64,000 nucleotides of DNA, from the NCBI GenBank assembly GCA_947632405.1, contig CANRPE010000001.1, forward strand, positions 42,095-106,094, given 5' to 3'. The DNA comes from an uncultured Bacilli bacterium. GTDB taxonomy: Bacteria > Bacillota_I > Bacilli_A > RF39 > UBA660. This document shows, one piece after another, positions 1 to 11,307 of this stretch (position 1 is its first letter; each line of letters starts with the position of its first letter). The notes under the pieces are model-generated. The model saw nothing but the letters and a program-made list of their open reading frames with translations. It did no database searches and had not been told where the DNA came from. The position numbers and the translations under genes were made by a program.

Positions 1-618
1 ATTTAAACAACATAATAATCTTCCACAAACACCATTTATTTTTGTAGGATTAAGAGCTAAAAATTGATTTTTAGCCATATTAATTGAAACACTATTAAAA
101 TCCATTAAAAAGGAATTGCAACATAAAAATAATCCACAAGGTCCTATTCCCCCTACTATTTTTGCCTTGTCTCTAACTCCTATTTGTCTTAATTCTATTC
201 TTGTTTTATACTTTTGAGCAAGTTTCTTTGCTAACTCACGAAAATCTATTCTATCTTCTGCTATATAAAGAAAAAATAATTGTTTTTTATCAAAAGTATA
301 ATTTGAACTAATAAAATTCATCTTTAATTTTAAACTATGAGCTATTTTTTTAGCTTCAATTAATGCTTTTAAAGCATTTTCTTGATTTTCTTGTTCTTGT
401 TCTTTATCCTTTTTAGTTGCAATTCTGATTATATTTTTTAATGGTAAAACCAAGTTTTGTTTTTTTTCTTCTCGAATATCAGTAACACACTTTCCAAATT
501 GTAAACCTTGCTCTGTTGAAACAATAACAAAATCACCTTTTTTAATATCAATAGCATTAGGAGAAAAATAATAAGTTGTATTAGAGAAAGATAACTGTAC
601 TCCTACTACATTATACAT
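1..618 (-). CDS. ricT: PSP1-domain protein RicT/YaaT (C-terminal end lies beyond the window start)
   Basis: My own minus-strand translation from the ATG at 618 (this ORF is absent from the track): MYNVVGVQLSFSNTTYYFSPNAIDIKKGDFVIV...IGVRDKAKIVGGIGPCGLFLCC...INGVCGRLLCC. This matches B. subtilis YaaT (MYDVIGV..., GGIGPCGRMLCC, CGRLMCC). It sits directly downstream of holB as in Bacillus. The start overlaps the holB stop. Confidence 0.65.
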   Translation of the reverse strand, partial: MYNVVGVQLSFSNTTYYFSPNAIDIKKGDFVIVSTEQGLQFGKCVTDIREEKKQNLVLPLKNIIRIATKKDKEQEQENQENALKALIEAKKIAHSLKLKMNFISSNYTFDKKQLFFLYIAEDRIDFRELAKKLAQKYKTRIELRQIGVRDKAKIVGGIGPCGLFLCCNSFLMDFNSVSINMAKNQFLALNPTKINGVCGRLLCCLN

Positions 619-1414
619 TACGCATCACCTCAATAATTTGAAAAATATAATTACTAAACCATAATTTAATATTTATATTATATTGTAATTTTTCCTTTTC
701 TTTTTCAATTAATTCTATTTGCTTTATATAATAATTCTGATTTTTTTGATTTGATTTTAATAATTGAAATAAATATTCTTCAATTTCTTTTAAATTTTCA
801 ATACACATATTTTTATCTAAAAATAAATTTTCTAAGTAATAATCATATTTTATTAATATTTTTTTTGGAGTATTCATTTCTTGAATAAATTCTAGAATTT
901 CGTTTTTATAATTATAATCTTCATAATTTATAAGTGATAAACATTGACATCTTGAAACTATAGTTTCTAAAACATTATACTTATTTTCAGCAATTAAAAT
1001 AGCAATGATATTTTCTGGAGGTTCTTCCAAAAATTTTAAAATTGTATTTGCTGAAGCAGAATTTAATTTTTCTGCTGGATCTATTACATATATTAATTTA
1101 TTATCTAGCATAGATTTTTTAAAATATTTTTCTTCTAATGCTAATAATTGATCTTTTTTTATAAAATTACCATCTGGATAAATAAAATTTAAATCTGGAT
1201 AATTATTACTATCAATTTGAGATTTCATTTTACTTATTTCTTCACTTTGAAGATTCAATGACAAAATTATTTTAATAAATTCTAAAACAACTTGTTTATA
1301 TTCTGGGTAACCTTTTGTTTCTATAAGATAAGCATGAGATAATTTTTTATTTTCTACAATACTATGATTTATATATTCAAAAAAATTTGCTTGATCTTTC
1401 ATAATATTTATCAT
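611..1414 (-). CDS. holB: DNA polymerase III delta-prime subunit
   Basis: 267 aa with an AAA-like fold and the SRCQ motif (VSRCQCLSL) typical of the delta-prime and tau families. The position next to yaaT matches Bacillus. Confidence 0.6.
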   Translation of the reverse strand: MINIMKDQANFFEYINHSIVENKKLSHAYLIETKGYPEYKQVVLEFIKIILSLNLQSEEISKMKSQIDSNNYPDLNFIYPDGNFIKKDQLLALEEKYFKKSMLDNKLIYVIDPAEKLNSASANTILKFLEEPPENIIAILIAENKYNVLETIVSRCQCLSLINYEDYNYKNEILEFIQEMNTPKKILIKYDYYLENLFLDKNMCIENLKEIEEYLFQLLKSNQKNQNYYIKQIELIEKEKEKLQYNINIKLWFSNYIFQIIEVMRNV

Positions 1415-1429
1415 AGTATCGCCTCTTTT

Positions 1430-1621
1430 CTACAATATCATTATCTTAAATAGAATCAAAGCAATTAAAGATGGAGTACCTAATATTGTAATTAGTAAAA
1501 CTGTTATAATATTAATTGGTATTACCATATTAAAATTAACTGCTATTAAATTATAACTATATAAAATAATAAAGCTTAAAACTATTTTTTTTACTATTTC
1601 TAATATACTTTTCATTTTCAT
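1430..1621 (-). CDS. bofA: BofA-like small membrane protein (pro-sigma-K processing inhibitor family)
   Basis: 63 aa with two transmembrane segments. The C-terminal segment VIPINIITVLLITILGTPSLIALILFKIM resembles BofA VPINLVTTAISGILGIPGIAALVVIKQFI. It lies downstream of recR as bofA does in B. subtilis. Confidence 0.5.
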   Translation of the reverse strand: MKMKSILEIVKKIVLSFIILYSYNLIAVNFNMVIPINIITVLLITILGTPSLIALILFKIMIL

Positions 1622-1666
1622 ATCTCCTTCTATAAAAATTATGAAGCAGATATTTTTTTTATGATT

Positions 1667-2260
1667 TTATTCAAGAATTTTTCTATCACTAAGAGCTCGT
1701 TCCAAAGTCAAACTATCGATATATTCAATATCAGCTCCCATTGGTAAACCACTAGCTAATTGTGTAAATTTTATTTGTTCTTCACCTAATACTTTTTTGA
1801 TATATAAAGATGTTGTTTCACCTTCAATACTTGGTTTAAAAGCAAAAATTATTTCATTATATTTTTTATTTTTGATTCGTTCTAATAATTTTTCAATTCC
1901 TATATCTTCAGGATTTATTCCATCAATTGGAGAAATAAGACCATCTAAAACATGATAATAACCATGAAATACTTTCATTTTTTCAAAAAGAAATAAACTT
2001 TTTACATCTTCTATAACACATAAAGTATTATCTCTTTCTTCATTACTACAAATATTACATATTTCTTCTTCAGTTAAATTATTACAAATAGGACAACGAT
2101 GAATTTTATTTTTTATTTCTTGCAAAGATTTTGAAAAAAATTCAATATTTTCTTCTTCTGTTTCAAGAATTGCAAAAGTTAATCTTTCAGCTGTTTTTTC
2201 TCCTATTCCAGGTAACATTTTAAATGATTCAATTAAATTAGAAATACTATTTGGATACAT
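1667..2260 (-). CDS. recR: recombination protein RecR
   Basis: 197 aa with a C4 zinc finger (CPICNNL...CNICS) and a Toprim domain. It sits in the dnaX-ybaB-recR context. Confidence 0.9.
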   Translation of the reverse strand: MYPNSISNLIESFKMLPGIGEKTAERLTFAILETEEENIEFFSKSLQEIKNKIHRCPICNNLTEEEICNICSNEERDNTLCVIEDVKSLFLFEKMKVFHGYYHVLDGLISPIDGINPEDIGIEKLLERIKNKKYNEIIFAFKPSIEGETTSLYIKKVLGEEQIKFTQLASGLPMGADIEYIDSLTLERALSDRKILE

Positions 2261-2559
2261 TAAAATAACCCTGGCATAGAATTACCAAATTTCCCCATCT
2301 TTTGTTCAGTAAATTCATCTATTTTTTTGTTTGCATCATTAATTGCTAAAAGAATCATATCTTGAAGCATTTCAATATCATCAATTGATAATGATTCATC
2401 TGCTTTTATTTCAACGTTTGTTACTGTTCTTGTACCCTTCATAGTAATTTTAACAATTGAACTTTCACCAATAAATTCTTTTTGGTCTATTTCCTCTTTT
2501 GATTTCATCATTTCCTTTTGTAAATTTTGGGCTTGTTTCATTAATGCTTGCATATTCAT
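2260..2559 (-). CDS. ybaB: nucleoid-associated protein YbaB/EbfC
   Basis: 99 aa, found between dnaX and recR. It has typical YbaB size and composition, with a glycine-rich C-terminal tail. Confidence 0.8.
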   Translation of the reverse strand: MNMQALMKQAQNLQKEMMKSKEEIDQKEFIGESSIVKITMKGTRTVTNVEIKADESLSIDDIEMLQDMILLAINDANKKIDEFTEQKMGKFGNSMPGLF

Positions 2560-2575
2560 AATTAAATTCCTCTTT

Positions 2576-4252
2576 TCATTTTATTTCTACTATATCACCA
2601 AATAAATCAACAGCAGGAGATGAATTAAGATTATTATTTTCTAAAGTTGTTAAACTTTCTTTGATTAAATTTGGTTCTTCTATTATTTTATATTTATTTC
2701 CTTGTTTTGTAAATTCTATATATTGATTTTTTTCTTTATTCCATTCTTCTGTTGTAATAATTGCTAATTTTTTATTTGAATTAGTAAGTTCATTAAATAC
2801 CTTACAAAAAAGATCAATTTGTTTAAGATTTTGTTCAACAACTGATTCATATTCATAGCTCATTACCATAATATCAGGACTAGAAACACATAAATTAGCA
2901 TTCAATAATTCTGAAGCAGCATATCCTTTATCAGAATCAAAAACATAATCATTTAATTGATTTAATAATTCTAAATCTTTTTGTTTCTCTATTTTTGATG
3001 CTTTTGCTAAAGCATTATTAACTCTAATTTTCATTAATTTTTTTAATTGATCTAGTTCTTCTATTTCAACAACTTCAGAATTTGATTTTTCTTTTTCTAA
3101 CTTAGTATCTTCTAAAGATTGTTTTTCATCTGGATTTTTTTCATTATTTATTGACTTATTTGAAGTTTCTATATTTATTTTTTCGTTATTTGGTTGTTCA
3201 AATATTTCCCGGGAAATATTTTTATGCTGATTAATAAATTGTAACAATAAAATTTCTACATAAATATATGGCTTTGAAGTTCTTTTTATATCGAACATTT
3301 TTTCGTTTATTAATTGTAATAACGCTTGTAATAAATCTATATTATCTATTTGAATACTATTTTGATAATAATTTACTATTTTATCTTTTAAATAATATAA
3401 AAGTTGATTCATAATTTCTATTATATTCTTACCATTATTATTATATTTTTCCATTATAGATAGAAAGTCGCTAATATTATTGTTAATAATACTTTTGAGC
3501 AAACTTTCAATAGATTTTATATCAATCATATCATTCATTTCATAAAAATCATTTAAGATTATTTTATCTGTTTTATATGATGATAGTTTATCTAATATTC
3601 CTAATGAATCACGTAAACCACCATCTGAATATAAAGATATTTCTTTTAGTACTTCATCATCTATTTTTATTTGTTCTATATTAGAAATTTGCTTTAATCG
3701 TCCAAAGTTTTCTTGTTCTGAGATTCTTTTAAAAGAAAAACATTGGCATCTTGAAATAATAGTATCTGATACTTTTTGAGGATCAGTAGTTGCTAAAATA
3801 AAAATTACGTGTTTTGGTGGTTCTTCTAATGTTTTTAATAAGGCATTAAAGGCACCTTGAGTTAACATATGTACTTCATCAATAATATAAACTTTATATT
3901 TTAATTCAGCAGGTACCAAATTAACTTTATTTCTTATTTCTCTAATTTCATCAACACCATTATTTGATGCTGCATCTATTTCAATAATATCAATACATTC
4001 TTTTTCTTTAGAAACTAAGCACTTTTCACATTTTTCACAAGGATTACCATCTACACTTTGTTCACAATTTACTGCTCGAGCAAATATTTTTGCAATCGTC
4101 GTTTTACCTATTCCTCTTGGTCCAAAAAACATATAAGCATGATTTACTTTATTATGTATTATCTCATTTTTTAATGTTTCTACTACATATTTTTGACCTA
4201 CAACATCGTTAAAGTTTTTTGGTCTATATTTTCTATATAATGCTTGATACAT
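2576..4252 (-). CDS. dnaX: DNA polymerase III subunit tau/gamma
   Basis: Walker A GPRGIGKTT, a zinc module CEKCEKC, and SRCQ. The ATG at 4252 is preferred over the track's GTG at 4264 because an AAGGGTGG Shine-Dalgarno lies 8 nt upstream. Confidence 0.9.
   Translation of the reverse strand: MYQALYRKYRPKNFNDVVGQKYVVETLKNEIIHNKVNHAYMFFGPRGIGKTTIAKIFARAVNCEQSVDGNPCEKCEKCLVSKEKECIDIIEIDAASNNGVDEIREIRNKVNLVPAELKYKVYIIDEVHMLTQGAFNALLKTLEEPPKHVIFILATTDPQKVSDTIISRCQCFSFKRISEQENFGRLKQISNIEQIKIDDEVLKEISLYSDGGLRDSLGILDKLSSYKTDKIILNDFYEMNDMIDIKSIESLLKSIINNNISDFLSIMEKYNNNGKNIIEIMNQLLYYLKDKIVNYYQNSIQIDNIDLLQALLQLINEKMFDIKRTSKPYIYVEILLLQFINQHKNISREIFEQPNNEKINIETSNKSINNEKNPDEKQSLEDTKLEKEKSNSEVVEIEELDQLKKLMKIRVNNALAKASKIEKQKDLELLNQLNDYVFDSDKGYAASELLNANLCVSSPDIMVMSYEYESVVEQNLKQIDLFCKVFNELTNSNKKLAIITTEEWNKEKNQYIEFTKQGNKYKIIEEPNLIKESLTTLENNNLNSSPAVDLFGDIVEIK
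3200..3223. repeat. second copy of the CCCGGG-centred palindrome, inside the dnaX coding sequence
   Basis: A 22-bp perfect palindrome AAATATTTCCCGGGAAATATTT at 3200-3221. The 21 nt TATTTCCCGGGAAATATTTTT at 3203-3223 are identical to 4933-4953. Confidence 0.7.
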
Positions 4253-4299
4253 AGTCAACACCACCCTTATAAAGTAATATTATTATATCATAATTATTA

Positions 4300-4749
4300 T
4301 TATTTTATTTCCTTTTTTCGTTGATTTTTAAAGAAATTTTGAACGAGCATTTTACTTTCACATTTTAATATTGGTCCAATTAGATTTACTTTCTCATTAT
4401 TATCTATTGTATTTAAAATTTTCTTACTTATTTCGTTATTTTTATTATTAATACCATAATATACATTTTTAATTCTTGATTGTTTTATTGCACTTGCACA
4501 CATTGGACAAGGAAGCATTGTTACATAAATATCACAGTTATTTAATCTCCAATTTTTGATTTTTTTTGTTGCTTTTTTTATTGCTATTAATTCAGCATGA
4601 TATAAAGCTGAATTTTTCTTTTCTTTTAAATTATGTGATTTAGCTAAAATCTTATTATTTTTTACAATTACACAACCAATTGGAACTTCTTTTTTCTTAT
4701 ATGATTTGTACGCTTCTTTTAAAGCAATATTCATATATTTTTCTTGCAT
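4300..4749 (-). CDS. tadA: tRNA-specific adenosine deaminase (CDA fold)
   Basis: HAE...PCPMC zinc-binding deaminase motifs (HAELIAIKKA, MLPCPMCASAI). The start at MQEKYM (4749) has an AGGTGA Shine-Dalgarno 5 nt upstream, so the track's N-terminal extension is probably spurious. Confidence 0.8.
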   Translation of the reverse strand: MQEKYMNIALKEAYKSYKKKEVPIGCVIVKNNKILAKSHNLKEKKNSALYHAELIAIKKATKKIKNWRLNNCDIYVTMLPCPMCASAIKQSRIKNVYYGINNKNNEISKKILNTIDNNEKVNLIGPILKCESKMLVQNFFKNQRKKEIK

Positions 4750-4898
4750 TGTTATCACCTTTTTATAAAAAAAGATGCACATAAATGTTGATTGTTAAAG
4801 CTGCTATCTTTCGATTCTGACTTGGTTCCAATACATTTATTGCATCTATTTAATTTTATAATATAATTTAAATTTTGGCAATGTTTTTTATTTTTATA

Positions 4899-4974
4899 AA
4901 TGTTTCACGTGGAACATTTAGTTTTTTTAAATTATTTCCCGGGAAATATTTTTTAATGTTTCACGTGGAACATT
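4899..4974. repeat. composite palindromic element: two copies of AATGTTTCACGTGGAACATT flanking a TATTTCCCGGGAAATA palindrome
   Basis: 20-mer direct copies at 4899-4918 and 4955-4974, each a near-palindrome around CACGTG. A perfect 16-bp palindrome at 4933-4948 lies between them. This is the gyrA 3' flank and tadA promoter region. Confidence 0.7.
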
Positions 4975-4988
4975 AAAAAAAAGAAGAA

Positions 4989-7565
4989 TTATTTTTGTTC
5001 TTCTAATTCATTTTCAGTTATTTCAGAATTTTCTTCTTCTTCTTCTTCTTTTTTTACAATTGTAACTGTTGCTACTTTTTGATCATTCTTTAAATTTATT
5101 AATCTGACACCTTGAGTTGCTCTTTTTAAAGTTGATATTTGTTTTAATGGCATTTTCATAACAGTACCACTATTAGTAATAATCATAACATCTTCTTCTT
5201 CTTCATTTTTAATTGTTCTTAAAGCTACCATCATTCCATTTTTATCTGTAACATTTAAAGCTTTAACACCTTTACTTCCTCTATGTGTTAATCGATATTC
5301 TTCAATATTTGTTTTCTTTCCATATCCATTTTCTGTAACAATTAATATTAATTGATTTTTACTTACAACTTCTGCTCCTACAACTTTGCTACCATCTAAA
5401 TCCATACCTTTAACACCAGAAGCTGTTCTACCCATGGATCTTATTTCTGTTTCGATAAAACGAACCATTTTTCCATTACTTGCCCCTATTACTATTTCAT
5501 CATTACCAGTTGTTTTTCTTACACTTATTAATTCATCATCATTTTTTAAAACAATTGATATTTTTCCACTTTTTCTTATATTATCAAATTCAGCTAAATT
5601 AGTTCTTTTTACTAAACCATTTTTAGTAACAAACAATAAATATTTTTCTGATTCATTAGTTGAATCTAAATTAATTATCGAACTAATGTTTTCATCTTTA
5701 TCTAATTCTAGTAAATTAATAATTGGTAATCCTTTTGATTGTCTACTAAATTCTGGAATTTCATAACCTTTCATTCTATAAACTCTACCTTTATTTGAGA
5801 AAAATAGAAGATAATCATGTGTTTTCATGGAAATTAAATTTTCAACAAAATCTTCTTCATTAGTTGCCATTCCTTTTATACCTACACCACCTCTATTTTG
5901 AGTTTTATAAGTATCTGCTTTAATTCTTTTAATATAACCTCTATTAGTTAAAGTTACAATTATATCTTCAACAGGAATTAATGATTCATCTTCGATATAA
6001 TCAATTGCTGTCATATCAATTGTTGTTCTTCTTTCATCACTATATTTATTTTTTACCTCAGTTAATTCTGTTTTAATTATATCAAGTACTTTTTGTTCAG
6101 AAGCTAAAATGGATTTATATAATTCAATTTTTTGTAATAAATCTTTTAATTCTTCTTCAATTTTAGATCTTTCAAGACCAGTAAGTCTTCTTAATTTTAA
6201 TTCTAAAATACTATCAGTTTGTGCTTGAGATAAATTGAAACGATTCATTAAAGCTTCTCGAGCTATTTGATCAGTTTCAGATTCTTTTATAATTTTAATA
6301 ACTTCATCAATATTATCTAATGCTATTTTATATCCTTCTAAAATATGAACTCTATTTTCTGATTTTTTTAAGTCAAAGCGAGTTCTTCTAATAATTACTT
6401 CTTTCTGATGATTAATGTATTTTGAAATAATATCCTTTAATCCTAAAGTTCTTGGTGTTAAGCCATCTAACATTAAGAAAATAATACCATAATTAGTTTG
6501 GAAAGCAGTATGTTTATATAAATTATTTAATACAACTTGTGGATTAGCATCTTTTTTTAAAGTAATTGTTATTTTTACTCCGTCTTTTAAATCTGTATGA
6601 TAATCAGATATACCATCTATTATTTTATTATGAACAAGTTCTGCGACTTTATTTTTTAATTCCATTGTATTAACACCATATGGAACTTCTGTAATTACAA
6701 TTGCATTATGACCATGAATTTCTTCAATACTTGCTCTACTTCTGATTGTAATAGATCCTCTACCTGTTTCATATGCTTGTTTAATTCCTGAATTTCCTAA
6801 AATAATACCTCCTGTTGGAAAATCTGGACCTTTAATATAATTCATTAATTCTAAAGTATCAATATCTGGATTATCTATATAAGCAATACAACCATCGACA
6901 ACTTCACCTAAATTATGAGGAGGAATATTAGTTGCCATTCCAACAGCAATACCCATGGTTCCATTAACTAAAATATTTGGAAATTTAGAAGGTAATACTT
7001 TAGGTTCTTTTAATGTTTCATCAAAATTTAAGTCAAAATCTACAGTATCTTTATTAATATCTCTTAATAATTCCAAAGAAATTTTAGAAAGACGAGATTC
7101 AGTATAACGCATCGCTGCTGCTCCATCGCCTTCAATATTACCAAAGTTACCATGACCATCAATTAATAAATATCTTTGATTAAAATCTTGAGCCATTCTA
7201 ACCATTGCTTCATAAATAGAAGAATCACCATGTGGATGATAATGACCCATGACATATCCTACTGTAGTTGCTGATTTTCTATGAGGTTTTTCTGGAGTAT
7301 AACCTGATTCATACATTGACCATAAAATTCTTCTATGAACTGGTTTTAAACCATCTCTCAAATCTGGTAAAGCTCTAGAAGCAATAACACTCATAGAATA
7401 TTCAAGAAAAGAAGTTTCTACTTCATTTACAATATTATTTTCTGCTAATCTATCTCTTTCATGAAAATAACCATTAAATTGAGATGAATCTAAATGTGTA
7501 GATTCTTCTTTTTGATTTTCTGATTCATTTACATTTTCTAATTCATTTTTTTCTTCATTTTCCAT
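4989..7565 (-). CDS. gyrA: DNA gyrase subunit A
   Basis: 858 aa containing [28 protein letters not shown] with the active-site Tyr region, plus C-terminal beta-pinwheel repeats. It has about 20 extra acidic N-terminal residues and an acidic C-terminal tail. Confidence 0.95.
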   Translation of the reverse strand: MENEEKNELENVNESENQKEESTHLDSSQFNGYFHERDRLAENNIVNEVETSFLEYSMSVIASRALPDLRDGLKPVHRRILWSMYESGYTPEKPHRKSATTVGYVMGHYHPHGDSSIYEAMVRMAQDFNQRYLLIDGHGNFGNIEGDGAAAMRYTESRLSKISLELLRDINKDTVDFDLNFDETLKEPKVLPSKFPNILVNGTMGIAVGMATNIPPHNLGEVVDGCIAYIDNPDIDTLELMNYIKGPDFPTGGIILGNSGIKQAYETGRGSITIRSRASIEEIHGHNAIVITEVPYGVNTMELKNKVAELVHNKIIDGISDYHTDLKDGVKITITLKKDANPQVVLNNLYKHTAFQTNYGIIFLMLDGLTPRTLGLKDIISKYINHQKEVIIRRTRFDLKKSENRVHILEGYKIALDNIDEVIKIIKESETDQIAREALMNRFNLSQAQTDSILELKLRRLTGLERSKIEEELKDLLQKIELYKSILASEQKVLDIIKTELTEVKNKYSDERRTTIDMTAIDYIEDESLIPVEDIIVTLTNRGYIKRIKADTYKTQNRGGVGIKGMATNEEDFVENLISMKTHDYLLFFSNKGRVYRMKGYEIPEFSRQSKGLPIINLLELDKDENISSIINLDSTNESEKYLLFVTKNGLVKRTNLAEFDNIRKSGKISIVLKNDDELISVRKTTGNDEIVIGASNGKMVRFIETEIRSMGRTASGVKGMDLDGSKVVGAEVVSKNQLILIVTENGYGKKTNIEEYRLTHRGSKGVKALNVTDKNGMMVALRTIKNEEEEDVMIITNSGTVMKMPLKQISTLKRATQGVRLINLKNDQKVATVTIVKKEEEEEENSEITENELEEQK

Positions 7566-7575
7566 GATAACCCTC

Positions 7576-9507
7576 CTAAATATCTAAATTTTGAACATAT
7601 CCAGCATTTTCTTCAATAAACTTTCTTCTAGGTTCTACTTCATCACCCATTAATTTAGAAAATACAGCATCAGCTGTCATACAATCATCAACTGTTATTT
7701 TTCTTAGAATTCTTTTTTCAATATCCATTGTTGTTTCATTTAATTCTTCCGCATCCATTTCTCCTAAACCTTTCATACGAGCAATTTCTGCTTTTTGTCT
7801 AACATTTTCTGGAAGTGATTGAAGATATTTTTCTTTTTCTTCTTCATTTAACACATATTTTCTAGTTTTACCATGCATAATTCTAAATAATGGTGGTTGA
7901 GCTGCATAGACATGTCCTGCTTCTACAATTGGTTTAAAAAATCTATAAAATAAAGTTAAAAGTAAAACTCTAATATGAGATCCATCAACATCGGCATCAG
8001 TCATAATAATTATTTTATCATATCTTAATTTTTCTAAGTTAAATTCTTCACCAATTCCCGTACCAAATGCAGTTATAATTGTTCTTATTTCTTCATTATT
8101 CAATGCTCTATCTAATCTATTTTTTTCAACATTCAAAATTTTTCCCCTTAAAGGTAAAATAGCTTGTGTCATAGAATCTCTACCTTTTTTTGCAGAACCT
8201 CCAGCTGAATCTCCTTCGACTATAAATATTTCAGAAACTTTTGGATCTTTACTTTTACAATCAGATAATTTTCCAAAAAAGTTTGTAACAGCTAAATCAC
8301 TTTTTCTTGTTATTTCTCTTGCTTTTTTTGCTGCATTTCTTGCTCTACAAGCTAACATTGATTTTTCTACAATTAATTTTGCTTCATCTGGATTTTCTAA
8401 TAAAAATTTTTCAAATCCGCTTGCAAAAACATTATCTGCTAATTTACGAACTTCAGAGTTTCCAAGTCTTCCTTTAGTTTGTCCTTCAAATTGTGGATTA
8501 GGATGTTTACATGAAATAATCATTGTTAAACCTTCCTTTACATCATCACCTGTCAAAGATTCGTCTTTTTCTTTTAATATTCCACTCTTTCTAGCATAAT
8601 TATTAATAACTCTTGTTAATGCTCTTTTTACTCCTTCCTCATGAGTTCCACCATCATGAGTATTTATATTATTAACAAACGAATAAATATTTTCATTATA
8701 TCCAGTATTATATTGCATTGCTACTTCAAACATAACTCCATTTTCTTCACCTTCTAAGTGAATTATATCTTCATGTATTGGAGTTTTTTCTTGATTTATA
8801 AATTTAACATATTCAGAAATACCACCTTCATAAATAAATGATTCTCCTGTAGTATCTTTTTCATCTCTATCATCACGTAATGTTAATCTTAATCCTTTAT
8901 TTAAAAAAGCTAATTCTCTTATTCTAATCATCAAAGTATTATAATCATAAATATCAGTATCAAAAATTTCAGTATCTGGTTTAAAAGTAACATATGTACC
9001 TGTTCTATTTTCTTCACAATTACCAATTACTTTTAATGGTTCTACAGTATGTCCACCATTTTCAAATCTCATATAATTAATTTTTCCATCTTTATATACT
9101 TTTACTTCTAACCACTTAGATAAAGCATTTACAACACTAGCTCCTACTCCATGAAGACCACCAGATACTTTATATCCTCCTCCACCAAATTTTCCTCCTG
9201 CATGTAAAACTGTATAAACTGTTTCTACAGTAGAAATTCCAGTTTTAGGATGAATTTCTACAGGAATACCACGTCCATCATCTTTTACAGTAATGGAATT
9301 ATCTTTATTTATAATTACTTCTATATTTTTACAATAACCTGCTAAAGCCTCATCTATTGCATTATCAACAATTTCCCATACTAAATGATGTAATCCTTTT
9401 ACATCAGTAGTACCTATATACATTCCTGGTCTTTTTCTAACAGCTTCTAATCCTTCTAATACTTGAATAGCTGATGAATCATATTTTTCTTCTACTTTTT
9501 CTTTCAT
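7576..9507 (-). CDS. gyrB: DNA gyrase subunit B
   Basis: 643 aa with a GHKL ATPase, Toprim ([10 protein letters not shown]) and a GyrB C-terminal domain. Confidence 0.95.
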   Translation of the reverse strand: MKEKVEEKYDSSAIQVLEGLEAVRKRPGMYIGTTDVKGLHHLVWEIVDNAIDEALAGYCKNIEVIINKDNSITVKDDGRGIPVEIHPKTGISTVETVYTVLHAGGKFGGGGYKVSGGLHGVGASVVNALSKWLEVKVYKDGKINYMRFENGGHTVEPLKVIGNCEENRTGTYVTFKPDTEIFDTDIYDYNTLMIRIRELAFLNKGLRLTLRDDRDEKDTTGESFIYEGGISEYVKFINQEKTPIHEDIIHLEGEENGVMFEVAMQYNTGYNENIYSFVNNINTHDGGTHEEGVKRALTRVINNYARKSGILKEKDESLTGDDVKEGLTMIISCKHPNPQFEGQTKGRLGNSEVRKLADNVFASGFEKFLLENPDEAKLIVEKSMLACRARNAAKKAREITRKSDLAVTNFFGKLSDCKSKDPKVSEIFIVEGDSAGGSAKKGRDSMTQAILPLRGKILNVEKNRLDRALNNEEIRTIITAFGTGIGEEFNLEKLRYDKIIIMTDADVDGSHIRVLLLTLFYRFFKPIVEAGHVYAAQPPLFRIMHGKTRKYVLNEEEKEKYLQSLPENVRQKAEIARMKGLGEMDAEELNETTMDIEKRILRKITVDDCMTADAVFSKLMGDEVEPRRKFIEENAGYVQNLDI

Positions 9508-9509
9508 TG

Positions 9510-10622
9510 TTATTGCCTTCTTTCCACTTCTCCATTTTTTATTTCAAAAATATAAGCATTATTTATATTTTTCTTTCTTATATTTTTTAAATCTGTAGTT
9601 GTTATGATACTTTGAATATCTTTATTTATATAATCTAATAATTTATTTCGTTTTTGAATATCCAATTCACTAAAAATATCATCTAACAATAAAACAGGAT
9701 TTTCTTGACTATATTCTTTAAATATATCTATTTCAGATAATTTAAAGGATAAAATTGCTATTTTTTGTTGACCTTGTGATCCAAATAATTTTAAATTTTT
9801 ATCATTTAAATAAAAAGAAAAATCATCTCGATGAGGTCCAAATAATGTCATTCCATAATTAAGTTCTTTTTTATAATTTTGATGAAAAATTTCTCTTAAT
9901 TTTTCTGTTAAAATTTCTGTTTCATAATTTTCAATAAAAATATTTGGCTCATATTTTACAGATAAAATTTCCTCATCTGTTATATTTTTGTAAATATTTT
10001 TAATTTTTAAGTTAATAAAATCTAAATATTTTTTTCTTTCTTGATATATTATAATAGACTTTTCAATTAATTTTTCTGTAATAATATCAAGATATTTTTT
10101 ATCTGCTAATGAGGAAGTTAATAATAATTTTAAATATTCATTTCTCATTTTTAAAATTTTATTATACTCATTGTATGTATTTAAATATTTTTTTGAAATT
10201 TGACTTAATTCAATATTAATTAAATTTCTTCTAATATGTGGGGATCCTTTTATTATTTCTAAATCTTCTGGAGTAAACATTATAATATTTAAATTAGAAA
10301 TATAATCACTAATTTTTTGAATAGATTTTTTATTAACTTTTATTTTTTTATTATTTTGATCTATATCTATTTCTAAATTATTTATAATATTATTTTTTTT
10401 TACTTTGGCACTAATTTTTGATTTTTCTTTATTAAAAGCTATTAAATTTGGTTCTACTCCATAACGATATGTTTTAGTTAAAGCTAAAACACATATACTT
10501 TCTAAAATATTTGTTTTTCCTTGAGCATTTTTTCCTATAAAAATATTCATTTTTTCATTTAAATCTAAATTTAAATGAAAATAATTTCTAAAATTGTTTA
10601 AAATTATTTTCTTAATTATCAT
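9510..10622 (-). CDS. recF: DNA replication/repair protein RecF
   Basis: 370 aa with Walker [10 protein letters not shown] and an SMC-like signature. It occupies the recF-gyrB position. Confidence 0.9.
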   Translation of the reverse strand: MIIKKIILNNFRNYFHLNLDLNEKMNIFIGKNAQGKTNILESICVLALTKTYRYGVEPNLIAFNKEKSKISAKVKKNNIINNLEIDIDQNNKKIKVNKKSIQKISDYISNLNIIMFTPEDLEIIKGSPHIRRNLINIELSQISKKYLNTYNEYNKILKMRNEYLKLLLTSSLADKKYLDIITEKLIEKSIIIYQERKKYLDFINLKIKNIYKNITDEEILSVKYEPNIFIENYETEILTEKLREIFHQNYKKELNYGMTLFGPHRDDFSFYLNDKNLKLFGSQGQQKIAILSFKLSEIDIFKEYSQENPVLLLDDIFSELDIQKRNKLLDYINKDIQSIITTTDLKNIRKKNINNAYIFEIKNGEVERRQ

Positions 10623-10734
10623 TATTCACTATAAAAGTGCTCATTTTATCACCTTTCCCCTATTTTGGTATTCCTATACATACAAGAATATTATATCATA
10701 AATAAGGCATTTATGCACTAAAAAATAGTTATTT

Positions 10735-11190
10735 CTAACTATTTTTTGAATTTTTTCGATTTCTTATAATTAAATCTAATCTAGATGCCCTTAAAACTTG
10801 ATTTTCTATCATTCTTTTTGAAACTGGAATAATAATTTTTTTATCATTATAAAAAGTTATTTCTGTTCCAATATGTTCAATTTCATTAAAACTTTTAATA
10901 TCTTTTAATGAAATCCAACTACAATCAGTTGCTGTTGGAGATGAAGTAGGAAAAAAGATTAAATTACTTGAATTTTCTACAATTATTGGTACTTTATAAT
11001 CCACATTTAAAATTGCTTTTGTTCCCTCTTTTCTCCCTTCATAAGAAGAACCAAAATACTTACAACTATAATCCATTATTTTAAATGGTGTATTATCAAT
11101 AATATACTCATTATTATCTTCTAATATCTTACTTTTGTTTCCTTCCATAGCTATAACTGCAAGTGTTCCTTCATTAATTTCATAATTCAT
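10735..11190 (-). CDS. comK: ComK-family competence transcription factor
   Basis: 151 aa that aligns along its length with B. subtilis ComK: YEINEGTLAVIA vs YEVNGATIAVLP, DYSCKYFGSSYEGRKEGT vs DRSCRFFGSSYAGRKAGT, SNLIFFPTSSPT..CSWIS vs SNQIFLFPTLSSTRPQCGWIS, NQVLRAS vs NQVYRTAWL. Confidence 0.8.
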   Translation of the reverse strand: MNYEINEGTLAVIAMEGNKSKILEDNNEYIIDNTPFKIMDYSCKYFGSSYEGRKEGTKAILNVDYKVPIIVENSSNLIFFPTSSPTATDCSWISLKDIKSFNEIEHIGTEITFYNDKKIIIPVSKRMIENQVLRASRLDLIIRNRKNSKNS

Positions 11191-11307
11191 TTTATATTTC
11201 CCCCTTTTGGAAATTTTGCGTTTCCACTTATCATATTATCACACTCCTTTGTCGTATTTAGTCGTTTTTTGTAGATTAATAAAAAAAAATCACAAATTTG
11301 TGACTTC

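Noticed and set aside
4895-4980. The 20-mer hairpins in the gyrA 3' flank as rho-independent terminators.
   Set aside because: On both strands the T-run precedes the stem and the A-run follows it, so there is no 3' U-tract for either transcript. They look more like protein-binding palindromes than intrinsic terminators.
5386-5766. A 126-aa plus-strand ORF inside gyrA, and similar antisense or overlapping ORFs at 12982-13197, 13752-13940, 14394-14582, 15463-15657, 16571-16873, 19668-19850, 21953-22192, 22661-22858, 31703-31894, 37671-37853, 38058-38264, 42816-43007, 43042-43326, 46435-46662, 52305-52493, 52894-53133, 54478-54798, 55037-55354, 59130-59381 and 63578-63934.
   Set aside because: Each lies entirely within, and antisense or out of frame to, a well-supported conserved gene. 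Their compositions are hydrophobic or low-complexity, as is typical of AT-rich shadow ORFs, and they have no Shine-Dalgarno support.
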